From positions 1,888,001 through 1,952,000 of the forward strand of contig OZ240245.1 of assembly GCA_965198175.1 (NCBI GenBank): a stretch of 64,000 nt of DNA, written 5' to 3'. The position numbers and the translations under genes are program-made. Positions 10,057-19,083 of this stretch are shown here, piece by piece. Position 1 is the first letter of the stretch; each line of letters starts with the position of its first letter. The stretch is from Candidatus Poribacteria bacterium. Its GTDB lineage: Bacteria; Poribacteria; WGA-4E; PCPOR2b. Below the pieces are notes generated by a model, which had not been told where the DNA came from, made no database searches, and saw only the letters and a program-made list of their open reading frames with translations.

Positions 10057-13000
10057 ATGAATACACAACTTTTCCGTTTCACCTTGTATACCATAATTGC
10101 ATATCTCGCTCTATCCGCACCCAAACCAGCCGGTGCCGCCTCCCAACCATCCGGTGTAAACGAGACACTTTTTTGCGGTGTAATTGATGATCAATGGAAC
10201 AAGCGGTATTCGGACCAATACACCAATCGTCGCTATACCCGAGCCTCTACGGCGAATCTGAACGTCGGTGAACCCCGCACGGTGCGGATGATCTACCTCT
10301 TACCCAACGACCGCCCGTACCGTGCAGACGTGGTTCAGCGGATGAAAGATGAGATCATCAAGGTTCAGACCTTTTTTGCTGATCAGATAGGTATACACGG
10401 TTACGGGGAAGTCCCCTTCCGCATCGAAACCGACTCCCAAGGCGAGCCGATGGTACTTCGGGTGGACGGGGGTCACCCCGATAGCCACTACCTTGATAAC
10501 ACAGAAGGTACTGTGCTCGATGAGATAAACCTAGCTTTTAATCTTGAGGCGAACGTTTGCCTCATCGTTATCGACAATAGTATAAATGGAATTGATCTGG
10601 GTGCGAACCGGCGTGCCGGAGGTGTCGGAAACAGACTGGGGAAAAATGGTGGATTTGCGCTAGTTTCTGGTGAATTTGGCTTTGAATTGACGGCACATGA
10701 ACTGGGACACGCCTTTGGACTGCAGCACGATTTCCACGATGGTGCGTATATAATGTCGTATGGTCCAGGACAACAGGATCGGGTATCTGCGTGCCATGCT
10801 GAATATTTGTCCGTGCATCCCTACTTCAATCTCAATACCCCAACTGAAGTGCGGGAGGGACCTACCATTGAACTTACCTCGCCGCGTACCTATCCGGTAG
10901 GTTCACATAGCGTCCCAGTTCGACTCAAGGTCAACGATTCAGAGGGACTTCACCAAGTGCTCCTATTTGTTAGCACAATAGAACCGCATTTCGCCGCCGG
11001 ATCTTATGAAGTGAAGGCATGTCGTGGATTGGCGGGCGACAGGGATACCGTCGTTCAATTCGATTATGACGGCGTTATTCCATCCGATGGCTTTACGAAT
11101 CTTTCTGACCCTGCTATACATCCGATTTCTGTCCATGCCGTTGATACGGATGGGGATATAAGCTATGCCTCTTTTTGGCTTGAAGAAATTTCGCCACACC
11201 ATATCGCTACTTTTGATGAGCATACGTCTGCAGTCCATTCTGTGGCATTTTCACCTGTTGATGCGATCCTCCTCGCTACCGGCTCAGGGGATGGGACGGT
11301 TAAGCTGTGGAACGTGGTGACGCAACAAAATATTGCGACCCTACTAAGGCCTGCAGGTTCTTCCATGGCATTTTCGTCCGATGGGGTGACTCTTGCTACC
11401 GGCTCATGGGATGGGACGGTCAAACTATGGGACGTAGTGACGCAACAAGATATCGCTACCTTTAAGGTACATACGGAGGCGATCACTTCTATGGCATTTT
11501 CGTCCGATGGTGTGACCCTCGCAACCGGCTCATGGGATGGGACGGTTAAGCTGTGGGACGTGGTGTCGCAACGAGATATCGCTACCTTTAAGGTACCGGA
11601 GGAGATCACTTCTATGGCATTTTCGTCCGATGGTGTGACCCTCGCAACCGGCTCATGGGATGGGACGGTTAAGCTGTGGGACGTAGAGACAGAACGAGAT
11701 ATCGCCACTCTCGGGCATGGGGATCCGGTACTTTCTGTGGCATTTTCAAGCGATGGGGCAATTCTCGCTTCCGGATCTCATGATAGGACGGTTAGGCTGT
11801 GGGATGTGGCGACACGACAAAATATCGCCACTTTTGAAGAGCATGCATCTAGGGTCACTTCTGTGGCATTTTCATCCGATGGGAGTACCCTCGCTACCGG
11901 GTCATGGGACAGGACGGTCAAGCTGTGGGACATAACAACGGGAATAAATTTCGCCACTCTCGGGCATGGGGATCCGGTACTTTCTGTGGCATTTTCAAGC
12001 GATGACACAACCCTTGCCACCGGGACGGAGGGGAGCACGGTCGAACTGTGGGATACGTCAGGGTTGATGGGGGTTCGTCTTGAGGCGGCCTCCGAGGTTG
12101 ACATCCCCGACCCCAGCCTCCGCGCTGCGATTGCAGAAGCAATCGGGCTGCCGCCAAGTACCTCCATTTTCCGAGGGCACCTAGAAAATTTGACCCGCCT
12201 TGACGCAAGAAACGCCGATATAAGCGATTTGACCGGGCTTGAAGGTGCAACTAACCTGAGAATACTGAATCTTAGTGCGGAGTATGTGGAGGCAGAGAAT
12301 CGTTGGATTAACAGCAACTCGGTATCGGATTTATCGCCTTTAACAGGCTTAACCAATTTGACAAACCTGACTCTTTGGGACAACAACATTTCGGATATCT
12401 CATCGGTATCGGGTTTGACTAACCTGAGAACGCTGGATCTTGGGAGTAACTCGGTATCGGATATCTCATCGGTGGCAGGCTTAACCAATTTGAAAGACCT
12501 GAATGTTGGCAACAACTCGATATCAGATATCTCATCGGTATCGGGATTGACTAACCTGACGTGGCTGGATCTTGGGAGTAACTCAGTATCGGATATCTCA
12601 TCGGTGGCAGGTTTAACCAATTTGAAAGACCTGATTCTTTGGGACAACAACATTTCGGATATCTCGCCTGTGTCTGGTTTAACGAACCTGACAACGCTGA
12701 TTCTTTCGGGCAACAACATCTCGGACCTATCGCCCTTAGTAGCCAATACAGGATTGGGGGAGGGATATATAGTTGATGTTTGGGGAAATCCCCTGAGCTA
12801 CACATCCATCCACACCCACATTCCCGCTCTCCAAAGCAGAGGGGTCACCGTACACTTTGACAATCAAGCGCACCCCGCCCTTCTGAAAATCTCAGGCGAT
12901 AACCAGAGACGTACGCCCGGCGAAACCCTAGCGAACCCGTTTGTTGTCGAAGCACGGGATGAAAACGGTTTAGTACTCGCAGGAATTTCAGTGAGGTTTA

Positions 13001-14997
13001 CCGTTACTTCAGGCGATGGTATGCTCAGTATACAAAGCACAACTACCGATGCCAACGGCAGGGCAGAGAGTACCCTCACGTTGGGTCCAAACTTGGGAAC
13101 GCACACCGTTTTGGTGTCAGCCGTTGGAATTGAAGTGCCGGCGACCTTTAATGCCGAAGGCAACCGAATACCCAAGACATTGGAGATAATCTCTGGGGTT
13201 GACCAAGAGGGTTTACCCGGTGATGCACTTGAAAAAGCGTTTGTCGTAGAAGTGCGAGACCAGTCGGATAAACCGTTCCCGGGTGTTGAGGTCACGTTTT
13301 CGGTCGCTAGTGGCGATGGTACGCTGAGTGAGGTAAGCGTCACGACGGACAGCAATGGGCGTGCAGAGAGTACCCTCACATTGGGACCAAATCCGGGAAC
13401 GAACACCGTCGAAGCGACTGTTACCGGGATTGAGGAGAAGCGGACGTTTACTGCCGAAGGCAACCGAATACCCAAGACATTGCAGATAATCTCGGGCAAA
13501 GACCAAGAGGGGCTGCCCGGCACGACGCTTGAAAAACCGTTTGTGGTAGAAGTGCGCGACCAGACTGATAAACCTCTACCGGGTGTCGAGGTCACGTTTA
13601 CCGTCACCGCAGGCGGCGGGACAGTCCAACCCGAAATCGCCACCACCGATGAAAACGGCAGGGCGGAGAGTACCCTTACCCTTGGCAGCACGCCCGGCAC
13701 AAACACGGTTCGCGTGAGTGTTGAAGGAAATACCCAGGCTGTCGCCACACTGACCATCGAAACCGTGAGGGTGTTTGCGTTGTCAATCCCAGCGGGCACG
13801 CATCTAATCCATATCCCGTTGGCTGTTAACCAGATTAACGGCGAAGATGCGACGATTGAGACCGTCGGCGACCTATACAACGCGCTCGGCGATGAGGTCA
13901 ACTTCATCATTACGGTCGGCGACGACGGTGGATGGAAGACCTACCTCGGCGATATCAGCACGGGTACCGTGGCGGACGCGGCAATCGAGGACGATACCGG
14001 TTTGATTGTGGTGATGTCCGACGCCAAGACGCTTGAACTCGTTGGCGATGCGTTAGGTACCGACAGCGCTTCCATGATTAGCATTGACGTGGGGAACAAC
14101 CTCGTCGGTGTACCGCTTGAACCGGACGACATGAGCATGATTAGCGACCTGCTGGTCGACGGTGTCGGTGCCATCGCGGTCTCCAAAGCCGATGGAATGG
14201 GATTCCACACGATTAGGGAACCCGGTCAAGACGGTGATGGTCCTATCGTGGGCGGTGTCGGCTACCTTGTTGTCTACATTGGAACGGAGGCAACCAGCAT
14301 CCCGATAGTCGGTTCCGCGTGGGAGAATTCCGGAGCCGTTTCGGCAGCGCCTGCAGTGGCGTTCGACGGCACGCACACACCGGTGCTGTATGTTGAGGGC
14401 GGCGTTATGGACGAGTTCAACATGTTGGCACGGGTTCCGGAGCTGCGCGTCACTGTGAAGAACCTGTCTACGGGCGCCTCGCTCGACACCGTTCTCGGAA
14501 CGGAGCTATCGGCGACAGCGTACAGCGGGACGTTTGTTGAATTGAGCCGCCACGCAGCGAAGGCTGGTGATGTGCTGGAAATCGTAGCGCATGCACCCAA
14601 CCCATTCGTTGGTGTTCGACCGGTTCCGCAGATTGTCGTGAGCGCGGAAGAGGTGTTGACGAGCCGTATCAAGCTGCCCGACCTGGAACTCTATGAGATT
14701 CCGTCGGAGACCGAGCTGTTGGCGAACTACCCGAATCCGTTTAACCCGGAAACTTGGATTCCGTACCGGTTAGCGAAAGCTGCCGAAGTGACGATAGAAA
14801 TCTATGATACCAACGGTAGCTTGGTGCGGAGCATTGATGTCGGCTTCAAACCAGCCGCTGTGTACGAATCGCGTGCATCAGCGATTTACTGGGATGGTCG
14901 CAACAACTACGGTGAACGTGTCGCAAGTGGTGTGTATTTCTATCACCTATCTGCAGGCGCCTATTCCGCCACGCGGAAAATGCTTATCATGAAATAG
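10057..14997 (+). CDS. Large secreted mosaic protein: metzincin-type peptidase, WD40 propeller, internalin-like LRRs, Big-1 (invasin-like) domains, FlgD/T9SS-like CTD
   Basis: Signal peptide; HELGHAFGLQH with Met-turn (YIMSY); about 7 WD40 repeats (LATGSWDGTVKLWD); 22-aa LRRs (NNISDISSVSGLTNL); three TTDxNGRAESTLTLG repeats; NYPNPFNPETWIPY. Confidence 0.9.
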   Translation: MNTQLFRFTLYTIIAYLALSAPKPAGAASQPSGVNETLFCGVIDDQWNKRYSDQYTNRRYTRASTANLNVGEPRTVRMIYLLPNDRPYRADVVQRMKDEIIKVQTFFADQIGIHGYGEVPFRIETDSQGEPMVLRVDGGHPDSHYLDNTEGTVLDEINLAFNLEANVCLIVIDNSINGIDLGANRRAGGVGNRLGKNGGFALVSGEFGFELTAHELGHAFGLQHDFHDGAYIMSYGPGQQDRVSACHAEYLSVHPYFNLNTPTEVREGPTIELTSPRTYPVGSHSVPVRLKVNDSEGLHQVLLFVSTIEPHFAAGSYEVKACRGLAGDRDTVVQFDYDGVIPSDGFTNLSDPAIHPISVHAVDTDGDISYASFWLEEISPHHIATFDEHTSAVHSVAFSPVDAILLATGSGDGTVKLWNVVTQQNIATLLRPAGSSMAFSSDGVTLATGSWDGTVKLWDVVTQQDIATFKVHTEAITSMAFSSDGVTLATGSWDGTVKLWDVVSQRDIATFKVPEEITSMAFSSDGVTLATGSWDGTVKLWDVETERDIATLGHGDPVLSVAFSSDGAILASGSHDRTVRLWDVATRQNIATFEEHASRVTSVAFSSDGSTLATGSWDRTVKLWDITTGINFATLGHGDPVLSVAFSSDDTTLATGTEGSTVELWDTSGLMGVRLEAASEVDIPDPSLRAAIAEAIGLPPSTSIFRGHLENLTRLDARNADISDLTGLEGATNLRILNLSAEYVEAENRWINSNSVSDLSPLTGLTNLTNLTLWDNNISDISSVSGLTNLRTLDLGSNSVSDISSVAGLTNLKDLNVGNNSISDISSVSGLTNLTWLDLGSNSVSDISSVAGLTNLKDLILWDNNISDISPVSGLTNLTTLILSGNNISDLSPLVANTGLGEGYIVDVWGNPLSYTSIHTHIPALQSRGVTVHFDNQAHPALLKISGDNQRRTPGETLANPFVVEARDENGLVLAGISVRFTVTSGDGMLSIQSTTTDANGRAESTLTLGPNLGTHTVLVSAVGIEVPATFNAEGNRIPKTLEIISGVDQEGLPGDALEKAFVVEVRDQSDKPFPGVEVTFSVASGDGTLSEVSVTTDSNGRAESTLTLGPNPGTNTVEATVTGIEEKRTFTAEGNRIPKTLQIISGKDQEGLPGTTLEKPFVVEVRDQTDKPLPGVEVTFTVTAGGGTVQPEIATTDENGRAESTLTLGSTPGTNTVRVSVEGNTQAVATLTIETVRVFALSIPAGTHLIHIPLAVNQINGEDATIETVGDLYNALGDEVNFIITVGDDGGWKTYLGDISTGTVADAAIEDDTGLIVVMSDAKTLELVGDALGTDSASMISIDVGNNLVGVPLEPDDMSMISDLLVDGVGAIAVSKADGMGFHTIREPGQDGDGPIVGGVGYLVVYIGTEATSIPIVGSAWENSGAVSAAPAVAFDGTHTPVLYVEGGVMDEFNMLARVPELRVTVKNLSTGASLDTVLGTELSATAYSGTFVELSRHAAKAGDVLEIVAHAPNPFVGVRPVPQIVVSAEEVLTSRIKLPDLELYEIPSETELLANYPNPFNPETWIPYRLAKAAEVTIEIYDTNGSLVRSIDVGFKPAAVYESRASAIYWDGRNNYGERVASGVYFYHLSAGAYSATRKMLIMK

Positions 14998-15009
14998 GAA
15001 ACGAATGAA

Positions 15010-15068
15010 TAGGCGGGACAAGAAAGATTTCTATCGCACTCACTATCCGTTCCCTTGATCCCCGCCTA
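15010..15068 (-). repeat. Palindrome-armed element containing the 30-bp repeat (copy B, inverted)
   Basis: Reverse complement TAGGCGGGGATCAAGGGAACGGATAGTGAGTGCGATAGAAATCTTTCTTGTCCCGCCTA matches copy A. Confidence 0.85.
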
Positions 15069-15094
15069 CGGAATGGGGACAATGGCGCCTGGGG

Positions 15095-15227
15095 GATTAA
15101 GCGAACGAATAGTGAGTGTTCAACCGACCGAAAAGGGAGGGATCAACTAAGCGAATAGATCAAGCGACTGGATAAGGAGTGCGATAGGTTTCCTAAGGAT
15201 CAAGCGAACGGATAGTGAGTGCGATAG
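15095..15227 (+). repeat. Cluster of 30-bp repeat copies
   Basis: Copies at 15095-15118 (partial), 15158-15187, and 15198-15227 (identical to 9817-9846). Confidence 0.85.
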
Positions 15228-15276
15228 TCTTAGGGGGTTGACACCCCTTTTTGATTGAATTAATTTGTGTAATTTT

Positions 15277-15412
15277 TATAGTGAAACCAATAATTATTTA
15301 TACACTGCGGTAGGTTCGGTTTCCTAACCGAACCGGTATTTATCTAGTCCGCAGGTGCGGTTGGAAACCGCACCTACCGAAACATGTGTAAATATGAATG
15401 GAATTGATTATA
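15277..15412 (+). mobile_element. 136-bp MITE-like element carrying an inverted REP pair (copy 1)
   Basis: TATAG...TTATA ends; internal GTAGGTTCGGTTTCCTAACCGAACC and GGTGCGGTTGGAAACCGCACCTAC; near-identical inverted copy at 46726-46861. Confidence 0.8.
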
Positions 15413-15528
15413 GTTGTTTTTAGTTGTAGTGATTATAGATGGCTCCAAAGTTCGTACTCAGAGCAGGGAGACGATTCATCACACGCCTTCTCAAAACGCT
15501 CAACACGTAATGGAATAGCGAACTGGAT

Positions 15529-15659
15529 GGCGGGGCAAGATGCCCCGCCTACGAGAGCCATCGAGGGAGGCTACCCCATTCACGAAACCTAGGGGATATG
15601 ATGCGCCGAACACAACACTACACCCCGTAACCACGTAGGGCGGGGCATCTTGCCCCGCC
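15529..15659. repeat. Pair of GTAG-type REP elements in opposite orientation
   Basis: GGCGGGGCAAGATGCCCCGCCTAC (15529-15552) and GTAGGGCGGGGCATCTTGCCCCGCC (15635-15659). Confidence 0.8.
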
Positions 15660-15698
15660 CAATGTGCGGACTATGTTGAAGCAGTTTGGAGAAAATCG

Positions 15699-16862
15699 AT
15701 GAAAGTCGTTATTGCACCCGATTCGTTCAAAGGGAGCTTGACTGCGCTGCGTGCGGCAGAGGCAATGGAGATAGGGTTACGCCGCGTCTTCCCTAGTGCA
15801 GAGGTTGAAAAGGTTCCGATGGCGGATGGTGGTGAAGGCACAGTGCAATCCCTGGTTGACGCAACGGGAGGCATGGTCATCACTGAGCGGGTTCTCGATC
15901 CGCTCGGGGTAGAAATTGATGCACAGTACGGTGCTCTTGGCGATGGCGTGACAGCCGTAATCGAAATGGCGGCAGCTTCCGGTTTAACACTGGTACCACC
16001 CGATAAACGCAATCCCCTCGTTACAACGACATATGGTACAGGACAACTCATCCAAGCAGCTTTGGATCGCGAATGTCGGAAGTTAATTATCGGAATTGGC
16101 GGAAGTGCGACAAACGATGGCGGTGCGGGTATGGCACAAGCACTTGGCACTAGGCTGATGACGGCTAGCGGAAAACAAATAAAATGGGGTGGCGGCGGTT
16201 TAAGCGACCTAGTCTCAATTGATGATTCTGAATTGGATCCACGCCTCGCCGAAACAGAAACAATCGTCGCTTGTGACGTCAACAACCCTTTAACGGGTGA
16301 ACACGGCGCTTCCCATGTTTACGGGCCCCAGAAAGGCGCAGCCCCTGAAATGGTCGAACTGCTAGATGCAAACCTAGCGCATTTCGATAAGATCCTGCGG
16401 CACGATCTCGGAAAATCTGTCGGGGACATCCCCGGCGCAGGGGCAGCTGGTGGATTAGGCGCAGGTTTGCTCGCTTTCCTTGATGCAACGCTAAAATCCG
16501 GTGTTGAGATTGTTATGGAAGCAACCCAACTTGAGCAAAAAATCGAAAGCGCTAATCTCGTCATCACTGGCGAAGGGCAGATCAACTTTCAAACAGTTTT
16601 TGGCAAAACGCCGGTTGGTGTTGCAACGCTTGCCAAGACGCACAACATCCCTGTCATTGCAATTGCCGGCAGCATTTCGAATGACGCCGGTGGGGTTTAC
16701 GACGCGGGAATTGATGCGATGATCGACATTGTGTCTGAGCCAATGCCATTAGAAGTTGCGATTGAAAATGCGGCACCCTTAATTGCTGCTGCGGCAGAAC
16801 GGGCAGGGCGGATGGTCGCAATCGGCTTGAGGATGCATGATAGGAAGGAGGGTTTCGTTTAG
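15699..16862 (+). CDS. glxK: Glycerate kinase (GlxK/GarK family)
   Basis: IAPDSFKGSL, PMADGGEGT, GIGGSATNDGGAGM, GPQKGA, GAGAAGGLG, TGEG motifs. Confidence 0.92.
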   Translation: MKVVIAPDSFKGSLTALRAAEAMEIGLRRVFPSAEVEKVPMADGGEGTVQSLVDATGGMVITERVLDPLGVEIDAQYGALGDGVTAVIEMAAASGLTLVPPDKRNPLVTTTYGTGQLIQAALDRECRKLIIGIGGSATNDGGAGMAQALGTRLMTASGKQIKWGGGGLSDLVSIDDSELDPRLAETETIVACDVNNPLTGEHGASHVYGPQKGAAPEMVELLDANLAHFDKILRHDLGKSVGDIPGAGAAGGLGAGLLAFLDATLKSGVEIVMEATQLEQKIESANLVITGEGQINFQTVFGKTPVGVATLAKTHNIPVIAIAGSISNDAGGVYDAGIDAMIDIVSEPMPLEVAIENAAPLIAAAAERAGRMVAIGLRMHDRKEGFV

Positions 16863-17824
16863 AGGGCACATAAGCTGCGAATAGACGGTAGGTTGTCAGA
16901 TACAGTTGACCAAGATACGCCTGCGTCACTGCTGGCGTAGAGTTCGCCAGAGCGCAAACCGCACAGAACCTGATCGGCAATTTCGCGTGAGAATGTGATA
17001 CCGTGCGTGTCGATTTCCGAATCACTCTCTTCAGGCAGCCCATGGGTCACTTTCTTCCAATGTTTTCCGTCATCAGTGGTTCGGAAAAGGGAAAACCGTT
17101 TTCCGTGGGTTCGCCATCTCCCCGGAGATGTTGGCGAACCACTAATCAGGATGGTCTTTGGTTGGTCTGGATGGATGGCAATGCCGCGTGCATAGCGATT
17201 TTCTAAGCCGTCATTGCGAGCTTTCCACGACTCGCCGCTATCCTCGCTCAGATAAAAGCCATCTGCGGTCGCCGCGTATACGGTGTTCTCACGCTTGTGG
17301 CACGTAGCAACTTCATGTACATCCAGATCAAGCCCTTCATTCGTTGGTTGCCACGTTGTCCCGCGATTCAGAGTTCGTAAAATACCGCCAACGTGAATAT
17401 TGAGATAGAGCCCCTCTCTGTTTGCTGGCGCAACACTCCGCACGGCAGGTGGGCCACCCCAGGGCGTGTACCAAGTTTTAGCGATATCAAGCGTGCTCAA
17501 GTCTATTACTAATTCCCAGTGTTCATTGATGCAGTTGTAACGGTAAATCTTGGGCGGTTCGGTGCCAAAGTAAATATCGCCGTCAATTGGGTGAACGAAG
17601 AGCACAGTAATCTCCTCGTTTATGGGGGAGTCGGCAATCCCATCCCAAGATTTTCCCTGATTACTGCTTACCCAGATAGATTCTTCAGCATCGTGAGCAA
17701 CTAGCGTTCCGTCGCTCCTGGCGGCGACCTGGCGAATATCTTTGCCTTCAAGAGCATTAAGATTAAGAGTTTGGCTGGATTCATCCCAGCCGTAAATTCC
17801 GTTTCGTGTGCTGACTAAAATCAT
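16859..17824 (-). CDS. BNR/Asp-box beta-propeller protein
   Basis: Repeated Asp-box-like motifs (SSNQGKSW, SEDSGESW, TTDDGKHW, SSDAGVSW). Confidence 0.75.
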   Translation of the reverse strand: MILVSTRNGIYGWDESSQTLNLNALEGKDIRQVAARSDGTLVAHDAEESIWVSSNQGKSWDGIADSPINEEITVLFVHPIDGDIYFGTEPPKIYRYNCINEHWELVIDLSTLDIAKTWYTPWGGPPAVRSVAPANREGLYLNIHVGGILRTLNRGTTWQPTNEGLDLDVHEVATCHKRENTVYAATADGFYLSEDSGESWKARNDGLENRYARGIAIHPDQPKTILISGSPTSPGRWRTHGKRFSLFRTTDDGKHWKKVTHGLPEESDSEIDTHGITFSREIADQVLCGLRSGELYASSDAGVSWSTVSDNLPSIRSLCAL

Positions 17825-18113
17825 GGGTATTGGTCCCTTTCAATGCCAACGACCCTGTTGTGCTGACGTTTTGACTGGAAAAGACATTCAGGTTATGTAA
17901 AAAAATACATGATTGAGGAATCTAAACCGATAACTGCCGTTATTTTATATACTTTCCACGGTGTATGTCAACATTTTTTCGCTGCATGTAACGAAAGGAC
18001 TATCCCAATCAAGCAACAAAATATTAACTTGCAACGCGCAATTCACGTTGACCAACATGTATTATTGAATCGATCATCGGCTTTACAAAAAAGAGATTGA
18101 AAGGGGAAAAAAT

Positions 18114-19067
18114 ATGATAAGATTGAAGATCGTCATCTCTGCAATTGGGCTATTAATTGCGCCTAGCGGTATAGCTCTCGCCGCATTCAACGACATCGGT
18201 GTGGGAGCCCGTCCGCTTGGATTGGGTGGCGCGTTCGTCGCAATGGCGGACGACGGCAATGCAGCAAATTATAACGCAGCAGGACTCGGCTATATTGATG
18301 ATATCCAGTTAAATACAACGTATGCACAGCGGTTCCAAGGACTTATCCGTTACAACTACATTGGTGGGGTGTTGCCGCTTGCCACTGCCGGCGCGGTAGG
18401 AGTGAGCATCGGTATTCTCAGCGAAGAAGCTGATATCTATCATGAACAGACAGTTAAAGTCTCTTACGGCAAGGCATTCTCACAGAAATTGGCACTCGGC
18501 GTAAACTTCAAATCCCTAGGGACTCGCTTCGATGAAGATAATGAATCCGTTCGCGCCAATCCGTATTTTGCGGAGAAAACCTCCGCTTCTGCCCTTTCAC
18601 TTGATGTTGGTATACTAGCAAAACCGGTGTCAGGACTGAGTCTGGGACTCTCAGCGGAAAACCTTCTCCCTGCCAATGTGAGTATTTCTGAGGCGAATGA
18701 AGATAAGGTTCCTGTGAATATTCGCAGCGGCTTAGCGTATAGTCTTGGCGCGATTGCAGAGACCATTGCGCAGGAATCTTTACGTGAGGCGCTAAAATCG
18801 GGTGTAGGTCTCCTCGAAATTACTTTCCGAGATGGTAATCGTCAGATTCACGCCGGTGCAGAAGTGTGGTTCAGCCAATCAATAAGCATCCGCGGCGGCT
18901 ATGCGGTGAAGAGCGGTGTGAATAGCGCGACTGCCATCGTAGTCGGAGGGAGCGCGAAAATTCCGGCTTCCGTGTTCAACCTTCAACTGGACTACGCCTT
19001 CCAAATTCTCACAGGCGATCTTGAGGACAACACGACCCAGCGCGTTTCGTTAAATCTGATATTTTAG
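18114..19067 (+). CDS. PorV/PorQ/PorP-like outer-membrane beta-barrel
   Basis: Signal peptide; GARPLGLGGAFVAMADD..A.NYNAAGL N-terminal motif; DYAF near the C-terminus and terminal Phe. Confidence 0.8.
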   Translation: MIRLKIVISAIGLLIAPSGIALAAFNDIGVGARPLGLGGAFVAMADDGNAANYNAAGLGYIDDIQLNTTYAQRFQGLIRYNYIGGVLPLATAGAVGVSIGILSEEADIYHEQTVKVSYGKAFSQKLALGVNFKSLGTRFDEDNESVRANPYFAEKTSASALSLDVGILAKPVSGLSLGLSAENLLPANVSISEANEDKVPVNIRSGLAYSLGAIAETIAQESLREALKSGVGLLEITFRDGNRQIHAGAEVWFSQSISIRGGYAVKSGVNSATAIVVGGSAKIPASVFNLQLDYAFQILTGDLEDNTTQRVSLNLIF

Positions 19068-19083
19068 GTCAAAGGAGGAAAAC

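Noticed and set aside
11163..14672. Long minus-strand ORFs (181, 322, 348 and 132 aa)
   Set aside because: Antisense shadows of the repetitive 1646-aa gene
15031..15227. CRISPR array made of the 30-bp repeats
   Set aside because: Spacing is irregular (one gap is only 10 nt), orientations are mixed, copies are dispersed, and no cas genes are present
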